From NCBI GenBank assembly GCA_964483805.1, contig CAZADH010000034.1, positions 1 through 25,850 of the forward strand: a stretch of DNA of 25,850 bases. Direction: 5' to 3'. A program made the translations under genes and the position numbers. Origin of the DNA: an uncultured bacterium. Lineage in GTDB: Bacteria > Muiribacteriota > Ozemobacteria > Ozemobacterales > Ozemobacteraceae. The number at the start of each line of letters is the position of its first letter. The first letter of the stretch is position 1. A model generated the notes under the pieces. The model did no database searches. It saw nothing but the letters and a program-made list of their open reading frames with translations, and was not told where the DNA came from. Positions 15,701-24,891 of the stretch are shown in pieces.

Positions 15701-18700
15701 GTTCCTCTCATCGGCTTCGCGCTGCAACACCTGATGTTGTGCCATGTCGGCACTTGCGAGAGACCGCCACACCACGATTGCTGGTGTCGTTAACAGCAGG
15801 AATCCGGCGAGAAACAGCGCAAAGCGGAAAGTCGCAGTATGGTGTCTTGCTACTGGGGTCGTCGGTTGAGTTGTGAAGCCAGCGTCCCGCGCGTTGGCTC
15901 GCGGAGCGCCCGGTTCGGGTGCGCGGTGGGGAGAAGCCGGTTCGGCGTTACCGGGCATCGACCATCGGGTGGTCGTATTGCTGGTGTATGTCTCCTGTGA
16001 TGCTCTTGCCCCGGGTTCGGTAGTGCCTGCAATATCCGGCGCAACGGCCAGGGCCGCCATTGGTGCCGCGATGGTCGTGAGGTCGGCGGGGTCTACTCCC
16101 GCAAGATCGGCAACGGTCCGGCTGATCACGAGAGGCCACGACGGACACTGCTTGCTGGCCGCTTCCAAACGGGTGGCTTCCTTCACGGGTTCACCAACCA
16201 TCGTGAAGTCGAGTCGCGAGGTGGGGCTGCCGATGCCGCCGACCACGAGGGAGCCGGCCGCGATACCGATGCCGATCGCGTAGGGAAACTCCCGGCGGGC
16301 GGTGCGCGCGGCGTTGATGCGGGCCAGTTCGTGCAGCATCGCATGCCCCGCGCGGCAGGCGGCACGCGCTGTCTGCTCGAGCCCGGCATCCGGCCCGGAC
16401 GGTTCGAAAATGGCTTGAATGGCGTCGCCGATGAATTTGTCGACGCGACCGCCATGCGCCGAAATGATTGCATCCATGCGCGTGTAGTGCTGGTTCAACA
16501 ACGCGGTCATGACCGCGGGGGGATGGTGTTCGCAATGGGTGGTGAAGTCACGAATGTCTGAGACGAGGACGACGGCCTCTAGTCGATGGCCGGCCCCGAG
16601 ATGGGCCAGATCACGCGTCGAGGCGATGGCGTCCAGAGCTTTGCCCGAGACCAGCGCGGCTAGGCGCCGGCGGGTGCGCAGACCGGCGATCATTTCGGTG
16701 AAGGCGCACGTCAGTTGACCCAGTTCGTCGGGGCGGGCCAGATCGATCGATTGGTCGAGATCACCGACGGCGACGGCGTCGAGTGCCGCTTTGAGTTTAG
16801 CGATGGGCGTAACGATGCGGGTGCCCATCCAGAGTCCGAGCACGATCATGATGCCCAGGCTGACGACCAGAGACAGCCAGAGGTGACGTGCCATCTGGGC
16901 GAGATCCTGAGTGACCGGCGTCAATGGTGTTCCCATGGCGAGGATCATGTCGTTCATTTCGCGTGATGGCTGCGCGATCGAGACATACTGCCGGGCCTCG
17001 TCGACCACGAACACCGAGCCCTGCCGCACCGACGCGGTATTGGCGGTTGCATCGAGCAGGTGGCGGGTGAGGCGGGTTCCGCCGCTGACCGGTTCGAGTT
17101 GTCCGCGAACCCGGCGAAATGCGACAAAGTCGAGATCCGGCTGAGTGGCGCGGAGATGCCCGCTGGTGGTTTGCATGGCCGAGCGATCGAGATCGTTCTG
17201 CTGCCAAACCACGACCAGGCTGAACCTGGGGCGCCCGGCCACGGTGATGAAGTCGTGCAACTTGACGGTTTGGGAACGGCCGACCCGCATCAGTTCAGGC
17301 ATGCCGCAGGTGGCGAGGAGCGACGAAATTGCATCGGAACCGCAACTTTCCTCGTAGGCAGCGAGCAGGGCACGATCCTCTGTCGACAGCGGATCTGGAG
17401 GCAGACGCACGGTGGGATCGTGGTTGAGCATCATGTGTCGCAAGGTGCGGGTCATCGAACTGCGGTAGAAACGAACCATGGGTCGGACGTCGTCGAACTG
17501 GATCTCATTGGAACCGGTGGCGATGTACTGTCCGTTGCTGTCGTAGAGACAGATTGCCGCGACCGAGAGGGCCGGTGAAGCGGTGCGAAAATGCCAGGTG
17601 AGTCGATCGCACACCGACGCTCGTTGACGGTGCGGGCCAATCTGCAAAGCCGCCAACAACTCGGGATCGGCCAACGTGCGGCCAAATGCTGCCAGATAGT
17701 TTTCCTGCAGTTGATTGCGCCGGTGCTCGATTGCGCCGATCTCGGCCGTCAAGCGTGCTTGCATGTTGGCCAGCAACGTGGCTTCGTGTTCCTCCAGGGT
17801 GACGCGGGCCGCGATGAGTCCCAGGCCGATCGGGAGTGCGGAGGCGACGACGAACAAGCCGGCAAAACGCCATGACAGGCCGATGCGCATAGGTCTGCCG
17901 GCGACGGCATGGCGTGAAGCCAGGAGGAACAACAACAGCGCCGCAAGCACGTCGAGAGCGATGATCCCCGGTGCGAGTGGTTGTTGCGGTATGATGGGTA
18001 GCGCAATCAACGCGAGGTGACGTGCATCAGGAATGTACCACGTAAATACGCGATATTGACCGAGTCGCTTTCCCCAGGGAACCCCATCGCGTTCAATCTG
18101 CTCGAAGGGAAGACCATCCTTGCGGTTGGCCAGTTGCCGGCGAAAATCGGCCAGCCAGCGTCGGAACGTGGGCGAGCGGGCGAACGCGCTGGCCAGGACG
18201 TCGCAGCGCGGCCGTCCGACGAGTTGCACGAACCCGGTGAGCGGAAGTCCTGCGGGATTGCCTGGTCGGCCGGCCAAACCCGCGGTGCCGTGCGTGCTCG
18301 AACCAGACAGGCCGGCGGCAAGGCTGTCGGCCAGTTGCCGTCGGGCCAGACGCAAGCCGACGACCGTCGTCGTTGCGTTGTCTGGGGTCAGGAGAAAGTA
18401 GCCGCCGAGCGGACGTCCGGCGCGATCGCGCCAGACATCCCAGATCAACCAGTGAAAGCGGTTGGTGTAGACGATGCGTGTCGGCACGCCGCATTGCGTG
18501 CGGGCCAGCAGTTCGATGGGGATCTGGCCGCCGAAAAGGGAATCGATCAGTTTCTGTCCGCGCTGCCGTTCCGCACCGGTCGCCCGTCGCTCGGACTCGA
18601 GCACCAGATGGGCGAATGCGGTGGCCATGCTGCGTCGGCCCGTGCGGCTGCGCTCGGGTCCCAGGAGCAGTTCCGGGGCAACCGAGCCGGCAAGCCGATC

Positions 18701-19144
18701 TTGCGGCAGGCGGAACACCCACAACTCATGCGCCGGAAACGGGGGCTGCAGGACGGCCCGGGCCACGGCAGGGAGCAGGTCGGGACGTGCTTCGCCGGCG
18801 GTGTCGGTCGGTGTCCCCGTGGCCTGGTTGTGGTCCGCTGGCGGGTTGATGAACCCCAGCGGTTCACCCAGTTTCTGGTGGAGTTGGCCATGAAACCGCA
18901 CCAGTTGTCGGTGGAAACGCCAGGTCTCCCCCAGAGCGGCCAGCAACTGTCGGGCCTGTTCCTCCTGGGCAACGCCGGCCCGTCGATACGCCCGCTCGTT
19001 CTTGACCTTCCAGCCGATATTGATGACCAGTAACGGCACGACGGCCATCAACATGGGTAATATTACGGTAATGCTTCGTTTGGGGACCTGTGGGCGTCTG
19101 GTGGTTGGTGGTTGTGAACCCGCGGGAAAAACGCCTGGCACCAC
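12779..19144 (-). CDS. Giant (2121 aa) membrane receptor-type class III adenylate/guanylate cyclase made of two tandem modules. Each module is TM, periplasmic domain, 2 TM, periplasmic domain, TM, HAMP, cyclase homology domain.
   Basis: Two HAMP-like segments are present: PIAKLKAALDAVAVGDLDQSIDLARPDELGQLTCAFTEMIAGL and PIEALGEGMRAIDAARYDHRLPEERADELGDLCRTFNQMARGL. There are two cyclase homology domains. CHD1 (about 16060-16600) carries VVLVSDIRDFT ... GGRVDKFIGDAIQAIF ... GEPVKEATRLE. CHD2 (about 12817-13372) carries LTVLFLGVPGFA ... GGDVDKMIGDKILAVF ... GDTVNTAARVE. Eight predicted TM helices are arranged 1+2+1 per module, with a Pro/Ala/Thr-rich inter-module linker. The annotated GTG start lies 4 nt after the MMPL stop; an internal ATG about 90 nt downstream (MLMAVVPLLV) is an alternative. 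Confidence 0.8.
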   Translation of the reverse strand: MVPGVFPAGSQPPTTRRPQVPKRSITVILPMLMAVVPLLVINIGWKVKNERAYRRAGVAQEEQARQLLAALGETWRFHRQLVRFHGQLHQKLGEPLGFINPPADHNQATGTPTDTAGEARPDLLPAVARAVLQPPFPAHELWVFRLPQDRLAGSVAPELLLGPERSRTGRRSMATAFAHLVLESERRATGAERQRGQKLIDSLFGGQIPIELLARTQCGVPTRIVYTNRFHWLIWDVWRDRAGRPLGGYFLLTPDNATTTVVGLRLARRQLADSLAAGLSGSSTHGTAGLAGRPGNPAGLPLTGFVQLVGRPRCDVLASAFARSPTFRRWLADFRRQLANRKDGLPFEQIERDGVPWGKRLGQYRVFTWYIPDARHLALIALPIIPQQPLAPGIIALDVLAALLLFLLASRHAVAGRPMRIGLSWRFAGLFVVASALPIGLGLIAARVTLEEHEATLLANMQARLTAEIGAIEHRRNQLQENYLAAFGRTLADPELLAALQIGPHRQRASVCDRLTWHFRTASPALSVAAICLYDSNGQYIATGSNEIQFDDVRPMVRFYRSSMTRTLRHMMLNHDPTVRLPPDPLSTEDRALLAAYEESCGSDAISSLLATCGMPELMRVGRSQTVKLHDFITVAGRPRFSLVVVWQQNDLDRSAMQTTSGHLRATQPDLDFVAFRRVRGQLEPVSGGTRLTRHLLDATANTASVRQGSVFVVDEARQYVSIAQPSREMNDMILAMGTPLTPVTQDLAQMARHLWLSLVVSLGIMIVLGLWMGTRIVTPIAKLKAALDAVAVGDLDQSIDLARPDELGQLTCAFTEMIAGLRTRRRLAALVSGKALDAIASTRDLAHLGAGHRLEAVVLVSDIRDFTTHCEHHPPAVMTALLNQHYTRMDAIISAHGGRVDKFIGDAIQAIFEPSGPDAGLEQTARAACRAGHAMLHELARINAARTARREFPYAIGIGIAAGSLVVGGIGSPTSRLDFTMVGEPVKEATRLEAASKQCPSWPLVISRTVADLAGVDPADLTTIAAPMAALAVAPDIAGTTEPGARASQETYTSNTTTRWSMPGNAEPASPHRAPEPGAPRANARDAGFTTQPTTPVARHHTATFRFALFLAGFLLLTTPAIVVWRSLASADMAQHQVLQREADERNRAALRLVKAQDFAESLIDQRMREFAEEIARRVASSGPSLTREKLGLTGSETLLAGDRSNSAIRPVAVAVVRPRHDRWAAPAEVCMVGVASADARDLGRLVAYLADWSANVLPSWEVSETERSLQSFVNTQLGMNLPVRDLTARNRGHCRAGFLSGRPVWWFWQTLAITDPQAVTTTILSQAAQEGVTPRIAPILTQIPKVIGAAMIAIPREPITARRKAHMLMANYDDGDTALVLLSPDGNERYPSPQWGHGALARWLTTADFANPPSGWVIASDQVTLGNPYRVIAATRRAEPQTVFGLSPGTARALNLAALGGTLLAAVILWILTVYFDAGIAVSLSRQLWFGFLLAALLPLATTFALAATLIQEHRDTTVREVRTAMRNKIDDAHRRKTAYRAWLVENLFNLARSPKMLAVARRVHQQAMASGKNASAANDRLLATFDALAHHVYRRPIVKISFSSSVLVGPHGFRRSYRYAGMRGHVGNSDQLAESLSFIGGSRLLLLNPDLPHRDDARTLTETTKQELTTSAGLDIMRSIYGPDLFFHLLAGWHEPMRMVSSVGMTFIAPILSPSEQKPEYLFIWIFAVSMPDWHAILRVANAQSGTHPFFTSRLDYLGEPPTPRGSVALPTIGAVAQLTALINAPVSLRISEVNTRYLAESVLDPHGQQLVTVGISPEIPIDEASRRLAQTFNLLLSLALLATVLLAMSASRDLLAPIEALGEGMRAIDAARYDHRLPEERADELGDLCRTFNQMARGLEERELLGRMVSASARKAVLSDADADRSRTGESRDLTVLFLGVPGFAHICATADPVTLIANLNRQAGVICSEIERAGGDVDKMIGDKILAVFHHLNSSPAAATQGALDAGQRLLAAAARGDMPYPVALGIHAGPVLIGLLGAGDRQDHTVIGDTVNTAARVEALAEDLHQEPRLIMTSTACDLLGAAAPPSRPLAVTAVKGKRRAVQLFQPIGTVRGDA

Positions 19145-19148
19145 CGTA

Positions 19149-21548
19149 TCAGTCCTTGGGTTCTGTCGGTGACGCGGGCGGAATGGGGATCGGGCGGAAC
19201 AACTGCAGTGCCACCGGCGTGATCAGGAGCTCGCAAACCAGGTCGACGGCAACGCCGATTGAAATGAAGATGCCGAAATACCGCGTCGGCGAAAATGTTG
19301 ACAACGTCAATACAACAAAGCCGGCGCAGAGGGTCAGCATGGTCAGGAAGGTGGCCCTCCCCTTGTGGACCATGGTGCGCACCAGTGCCTCGTGTTCGTT
19401 GCCGTCTTTCTTCAACTCGTGCTTGAACTGGTGAATGATGTGGATGGTGTCGTCGACGGCCAGACCGATGGCAATCGAGGCAATCATGCCCGTGGCCGTG
19501 CTGAACGTGGTGCCGGTCAGTCCCATAATGCCGTACGTGTAGATGACCGGGATCACATTGGGGAAGATCGCGGTCAGTCCGACCTTCCAGGAGCCGAAGA
19601 ATATGGCCATCAGCACGGTGATGATCGCCAGCGACATCGAGAAACTGGTGATCTCGTTGTAGGCAATGACCTGGGCCACGTCGGCCCACATGGCCGCGCG
19701 TCCGGTGATCGTCGCTTTGATCGGCACGCCGGCGAATTCTCGGTTGATGTGGCCGCGGATCACCGCGAAGGCTTCGACCATCTCGCGGGACGTGCGATCG
19801 CGCATGCGCAGCGACACATGGGTCGTCATGGCGTTCGAGGCGATGAACTCGCCAAGCATGCCGCCGCTGGGAAACGCCGTAAACGTGCTGATCTCCAGGG
19901 GGCGCGCGCCGAAATTGAAGGTCTCGGAGGCGAAGCGGCGCCCGCCCGAGGCCACCGCCAGCTCGAGATCGTTCGCATCGTCGGCGAGTTCCTCGGGGTC
20001 GGACGCCGGCGTCGGCGAGTAGAAGTTCAGATAGTCGTGAATCTCCTGTTCGGTGGCCGGAATGTGATTGGGTTCGCCGCTGAACATGCGGTCGAAATCC
20101 TGCACCAGGTCAACATACGACAGCGACTTGTCGAGGATGCTGATGCTTGCCAGGCTGTCTTGCAAGCGCCGCACCCGATGCACCATGTCGACCTGCGTGA
20201 ACCGGGGGCCGCTGCTCTCTAGCAGAATCTCGACGGGGACGATGCCGCACAGGTTCTTTTCGACGTAGCGGTTGGCGTCCTGGATGGCATGATCGGCCGG
20301 CAGGAAACGAATGAGGCTGGTCTCGATCGGCAGAATCGAGATGCCATACAGAGAAATGGCCAGGAAAGCGAGAATCAGGCACCACACCTTGCGTGGATTG
20401 CCCAGAAGAAAGCGGGCGAGCCGCTCGAGATCGAGTTCGAGCCAGCGGATCGACCCGACATGCTTGCCGGTGCAGCGCGTGAGCATGATCAGCGCCGGCA
20501 CCAGGGTCAGCGCCAACAGCATGGCGAATACGGTGCCGAGTGCAGAATAGGCGCCAAACTGCGCGATCGCATCGACCGACTGGTAGATCAACGAACCGAA
20601 GCCGATCATGGTGGCCACGCCGGAGATCAAGAACGGGCGCAGCACATGCCGCATCGATTGGTGCAACAAGGCGGGGTCGAAGGTGTCGGTGTGACGCGTG
20701 CTTTCGAAATACTCTGTCAATACATGAATGACAAAGGTCAAGGCCACCGACAACACCATCGGTGGCAGGATCGAAGTGACGAAGTTGACCGAGTTGCCCA
20801 TCGCCATCATCGTTCCCTTGGTCCAGATCAGGGCGCAGATGATCGCCAACAAAGGCGCGAACAGACCGAAAGACGAGCGATAGAGCAGCCACAACACTCC
20901 GGCCATCAACAACACGGTCAATGGTGAGAACAACTTCTGATCGCGTCGGGTCATCTCGATGATCAGCCGGGTGATCTCGGGCACGCCGGTGAGTTGCGTG
21001 CCCAGCGGCATATTGCGGTCGAGGACTGCGCTCACCTCGGCGATCGAATCGGCGACCAGATCCCCCGTTTCCTGCTTCAGGCGGATGACCAGACCACCCA
21101 CCTTCCAGTCGGATGAAATGATGAGCCGGTCCATCGTCGTGGTCTTCTTCATGTTCTCGACGTAACGCTCGAGTTGGCGTTCGTCCTCGAGAAACTGCTC
21201 GAGCTGTTGCCATGTAGAAACGCCGAGATTCACCCGCAGGGCGGTGATTGGCGACAGAACTGTCTGCACATTGTGCAGTTCGAGCAGGGCCTGCTCGGTG
21301 GCGAACAACCGTCGCACCAGGGGGCGGTCGATCTTGTCGACCGGAAACGCCGCGAGCAGGATGCGGTCGTTGCCAAATGTGTTGAGAAACCGGTAATAGG
21401 CGGCGAGCGCTTCGTCGTGCAATACATTGTCTTCGAGCTTGTTGTCGATGCGCTCGAGGCGGGCGAACGGGGCCAGTTTCGCCGTGATCAACAGAACAAC
21501 GATCACGACCAGCCAGGCGAGACGACGGTTGCCGAACAATGTGTGCAT
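19149..21548 (-). CDS. MMPL / RND-superfamily exporter (COG1033-like, HpnN-type; 12 TM with two periplasmic loops)
   Basis: The 799-aa protein has two TM bundles separated by large loops. SSD/RND-like segments are LFSPLTVLLMAGVLWLLYRSSFGLFAPLLAIICALIW and GMIASIAIGLAVDDTIHIIHQF (the G..VDD.IH motif). Confidence 0.8.
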   Translation of the reverse strand: MHTLFGNRRLAWLVVIVVLLITAKLAPFARLERIDNKLEDNVLHDEALAAYYRFLNTFGNDRILLAAFPVDKIDRPLVRRLFATEQALLELHNVQTVLSPITALRVNLGVSTWQQLEQFLEDERQLERYVENMKKTTTMDRLIISSDWKVGGLVIRLKQETGDLVADSIAEVSAVLDRNMPLGTQLTGVPEITRLIIEMTRRDQKLFSPLTVLLMAGVLWLLYRSSFGLFAPLLAIICALIWTKGTMMAMGNSVNFVTSILPPMVLSVALTFVIHVLTEYFESTRHTDTFDPALLHQSMRHVLRPFLISGVATMIGFGSLIYQSVDAIAQFGAYSALGTVFAMLLALTLVPALIMLTRCTGKHVGSIRWLELDLERLARFLLGNPRKVWCLILAFLAISLYGISILPIETSLIRFLPADHAIQDANRYVEKNLCGIVPVEILLESSGPRFTQVDMVHRVRRLQDSLASISILDKSLSYVDLVQDFDRMFSGEPNHIPATEQEIHDYLNFYSPTPASDPEELADDANDLELAVASGGRRFASETFNFGARPLEISTFTAFPSGGMLGEFIASNAMTTHVSLRMRDRTSREMVEAFAVIRGHINREFAGVPIKATITGRAAMWADVAQVIAYNEITSFSMSLAIITVLMAIFFGSWKVGLTAIFPNVIPVIYTYGIMGLTGTTFSTATGMIASIAIGLAVDDTIHIIHQFKHELKKDGNEHEALVRTMVHKGRATFLTMLTLCAGFVVLTLSTFSPTRYFGIFISIGVAVDLVCELLITPVALQLFRPIPIPPASPTEPKD

Positions 21549-21559
21549 GGTAATGCTTC

Positions 21560-21587
21560 AGTCTATAGCGGCCCGGCGAATTTGCAA
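21560..21587 (-). promoter_or_regulatory. Candidate promoter for the MMPL-cyclase operon (-35 TTGCAA, 16-nt spacer, -10 TAGACT). This would give a near-leaderless transcript.
   Basis: It lies on the minus strand in the 120-bp gap between the tpiA terminator and the MMPL ATG. No Shine-Dalgarno sequence precedes the MMPL ATG, which is consistent with leaderless initiation. The match to consensus is weak. Confidence 0.25.
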
Positions 21588-21609
21588 AACGTGACCGCTC
21601 GAAGCGCCC

Positions 21610-21650
21610 GAAAAACAAACCCCGGCAGCCCGATGTCTCGGACTGCCGGG
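21610..21650 (-). terminator. Rho-independent terminator of the gap-pgk-tpiA operon
   Basis: A 14-bp stem with 1 mismatch, ccccggcagcccga (21619-21632) / tcggactgccgggg (21637-21650), has loop tgtc. On the minus transcript it is followed by UUUGUUUUUC (complement of gaaaaacaaa, 21609-21618). It lies 20 nt after the tpiA stop. Confidence 0.7.
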
Positions 21651-21670
21651 GTTGCGGTGTGCGCGTTCGG

Positions 21671-22423
21671 TTAGTAGAGTACCAGTTTCGCGAACGACTC
21701 CGGATCGAGGCTGGCGCCGCCAACGAGGCCACCGTCGATGCCGTCTTGCTCCATGTAGCTCTTGAAATTCTCGGGCTTGACCGACCCGCCGTAGAGAATG
21801 CGGATCTTGTCGGCCGCGGCCACGCCGTAGCGCGAATGGATGAACTCGCGGATCAACGCGATCGCATCCTTGGCGTCTTTGGTCGTCGCATTCTTGCCCG
21901 TGCCGATGGCCCAGACCGGCTCGTAGGCAATGACGAAGTTGGTCAGTTGCGTCTCGGTGACGCCCTGTAGACCTTTCTCCATCTGTTGCAGGATGACCTG
22001 CTCGGTCAGTTTCTTCTCGCGTTCTTCGAGCTTCTCGCCAACGCAGAGCACCGGATACAACCCGGCCTTCAGGGCGGCGTGCACCTTCTTGTTGATCAGT
22101 TCGTCGTTCTCGCCGAACACCCAACGTCGCTCGGAATGCCCGAGAATGACGTATTCACAATTGACATCTTTGAGCATTCCGGTCGAGACTTCACCAGTGA
22201 ACGCGCCTTTCTCTTCGAAGTACATGTTCTGGCCGCCAAGGCGGATGGACGTGTCGCGGCGGGCCTGATCGACCGCCGACAACAACGTGTACGGCGGACA
22301 GACCAGCACTTCGCGGTTGCGCACGTCGCGGATCTTGGGGGCGAGCGCGGCGATGAACGACTTCGCCTCGGCCGTGGTCTTGTGCATCTTCCAGTTGGCG
22401 GCAATCAGGGGCATACGGGCCAT
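21671..22423 (-). CDS. tpiA: Triosephosphate isomerase
   Basis: The 250-aa protein carries the canonical TIM motifs AANWKMHK, GHSERR, YEPVWAIGTGK and GGSV. It starts 5 nt after the pgk stop. Confidence 0.95.
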   Translation of the reverse strand: MARMPLIAANWKMHKTTAEAKSFIAALAPKIRDVRNREVLVCPPYTLLSAVDQARRDTSIRLGGQNMYFEEKGAFTGEVSTGMLKDVNCEYVILGHSERRWVFGENDELINKKVHAALKAGLYPVLCVGEKLEEREKKLTEQVILQQMEKGLQGVTETQLTNFVIAYEPVWAIGTGKNATTKDAKDAIALIREFIHSRYGVAAADKIRILYGGSVKPENFKSYMEQDGIDGGLVGGASLDPESFAKLVLY

Positions 22424-22428
22424 GGTGT

Positions 22429-23628
22429 TCAGGCTCCCATCATGTTCTTGATGTCGCGCGAGAAGATGGCAATGCCGGGCAGTTTCTTGCCTTCGAGGAA
22501 CTCGAGCGAGGCGCCGCCGCCGGTCGACACGTGCGTGAACTTGGATTCCATGCCCATGTTCTCGACCGCCGTGGCCGAGTCACCGCCACCGACGACCGTG
22601 GTTGCCGACAGACCGGTCAGCACCTCAGCCAACGCCTTGGTGCCGGCATCGAACGGTTTGGTCTCGAACGCGCCCATCGGGCCGTTCCACAACACGACCT
22701 TGGCCTTCTTCAGTTCGGCTGCGAACAACTCGATCGTCTTCGGACCGACGTCGAGACCCTTCTGGTCGGCCGGGATCGCCTTGATATCGACCGTCTTGAC
22801 CGGTACGCCCTCTTTGAGCTCGGCCGCGACAACGGCGTCGACGGGCAGGATCAGCTTGCGGCTCTTCGCCTTGGCCGTTTCCATGAGCTTTTTCGCGAGG
22901 TCGAGCTTGTCGGTCTCGCACAGCGACGTGCCGATCTCGAGACCCTGGGCCTTCAAGAAAGTGAACGCCATCGCGCCACCGATCAGGAGCGCATCGCACT
23001 TCTCGAGCAGGTTCTCGATGACTTCGATCTTGTCGCTGACCTTGGCGCCGCCGAGAATGCCGATCAACGGGCGATCGGGATTGTCGGTGACCTTCGACAG
23101 ATAGGTGATCTCTTTGTCCATCAAAAAGCCCGCGTAGGCCGGCAGGTAGTCGGCGAGGCCGGCGGTCGTCGCATGGGCGCGGTGGGCGGTGCCGAATGCG
23201 TCGTTGACGTAGATCTCACCCATGGCCGCCAGTTTCTTGGCGAAGGCGGGGTCGTTCTTCTCTTCTTCGGGGTAGAAGCGGACGTTCTCGAGCAGCAGCA
23301 CTTCGCCGTCTTTCAACGCCATCGCCATCTGCTTGGCCTCATCGCTGATGCAATCGGCGGCGAACTTGACCTCTTTGCCGAGCAACTGCGCCAGCCGCTC
23401 GCACACAGGCTTGAGCGAGGTCTTGGGGTCGGGATTCGACTTGGGCCGACCGAGGTGGCTGGTGATGATCAGCCGGCCGCCCTGGTCGATGATGTGCTTC
23501 AAAGTCGGGATGGTGGCGCGGATGCGCTTGTCGTTGGTGATCTTGCCCTCTTTGCACGGGACGTTGAAATCAACGCGGATCAGCGTGCGCTTGCCCTTGA
23601 ACTGGATGTCTTTGATGGTGCGGAACAT
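22429..23628 (-). CDS. pgk: Phosphoglycerate kinase
   Basis: The 399-aa protein carries canonical PGK motifs: RVDFNVP, the hinge and C-domain, and GGGASLE. AAGGAGGA lies 8 nt upstream. Confidence 0.95.
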   Translation of the reverse strand: MFRTIKDIQFKGKRTLIRVDFNVPCKEGKITNDKRIRATIPTLKHIIDQGGRLIITSHLGRPKSNPDPKTSLKPVCERLAQLLGKEVKFAADCISDEAKQMAMALKDGEVLLLENVRFYPEEEKNDPAFAKKLAAMGEIYVNDAFGTAHRAHATTAGLADYLPAYAGFLMDKEITYLSKVTDNPDRPLIGILGGAKVSDKIEVIENLLEKCDALLIGGAMAFTFLKAQGLEIGTSLCETDKLDLAKKLMETAKAKSRKLILPVDAVVAAELKEGVPVKTVDIKAIPADQKGLDVGPKTIELFAAELKKAKVVLWNGPMGAFETKPFDAGTKALAEVLTGLSATTVVGGGDSATAVENMGMESKFTHVSTGGGASLEFLEGKKLPGIAIFSRDIKNMMGA

Positions 23629-23698
23629 GGACTGGTATGGTCCTCCTTCGCCTGCAAATTTGCCGGTTGGGGAATGAAATACGTTGTATGCGATCGAT

Positions 23699-23735
23699 AC
23701 GGAAAGGTCGCGGCAGCCATTGGGCCGCCGCGACC
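23699..23735 (-). promoter_or_regulatory. Intra-operon stem-loop between gap and pgk (partial terminator or mRNA-processing/stability element)
   Basis: A 13-bp stem with 1 mismatch, ggtcgcggcagcc (23706-23718) / ggccgccgcgacc (23723-23735), has loop attg. On the minus transcript it is followed by UUUCC. It sits in the 117-nt gap-pgk spacer. Confidence 0.4.
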
Positions 23736-23745
23736 TTCGCGGTGA

Positions 23746-24786
<1,041 letters not shown>

Positions 24787-24838
24787 TTACGGAATGTGCC
24801 GGGGGTCCGGGATCGTTCCCTGCCCCCGAAGTTGTCGC

Positions 24839-24847
24839 ATCATACCA
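24839..24847 (-). promoter_or_regulatory. Candidate extended -10 promoter element (TGgTATGAT) for the gap operon
   Basis: On the minus strand, TGGTATGAT is the complement of 24839-24847, about 65 nt upstream of the gap ATG. No convincing -35 is present; an extended -10 could compensate. Confidence 0.3.
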
Positions 24848-24891
24848 CGTTCCCGCCCGAAATGGGATAGCCCCGGGCGAGGTCGTTGCGA

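Noticed and set aside
12755-19033. Numerous 100-340 aa ORFs inside the giant cyclase gene on both strands, e.g. 12755-13357, 14544-15362, 18017-19033 and 18093-18722
   Set aside because: They are embedded in a 6.4-kb ORF with recognisable HAMP and cyclase domains and TM helices. Their translations are Arg/Pro/Gly-rich, and GC3 periodicity follows the cyclase frame.
19365-21732. Long alternative-frame ORFs across the MMPL gene (19365-20222 +, 20110-21732 -, 20289-20927 +)
   Set aside because: The 20110-21732 frame overlaps the tpiA terminator and has R/P/H-rich composition. The MMPL frame has coherent 12-TM topology and the G..VDD.IH motif.
24848-24891. Possible prfC terminator hairpin (cgcccg...cgggcg) between prfC and the gap promoter
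   Set aside because: The stem is only 6 bp with a 14-nt loop and no U tract, so it is not convincing. prfC may read through or use a non-canonical terminator.
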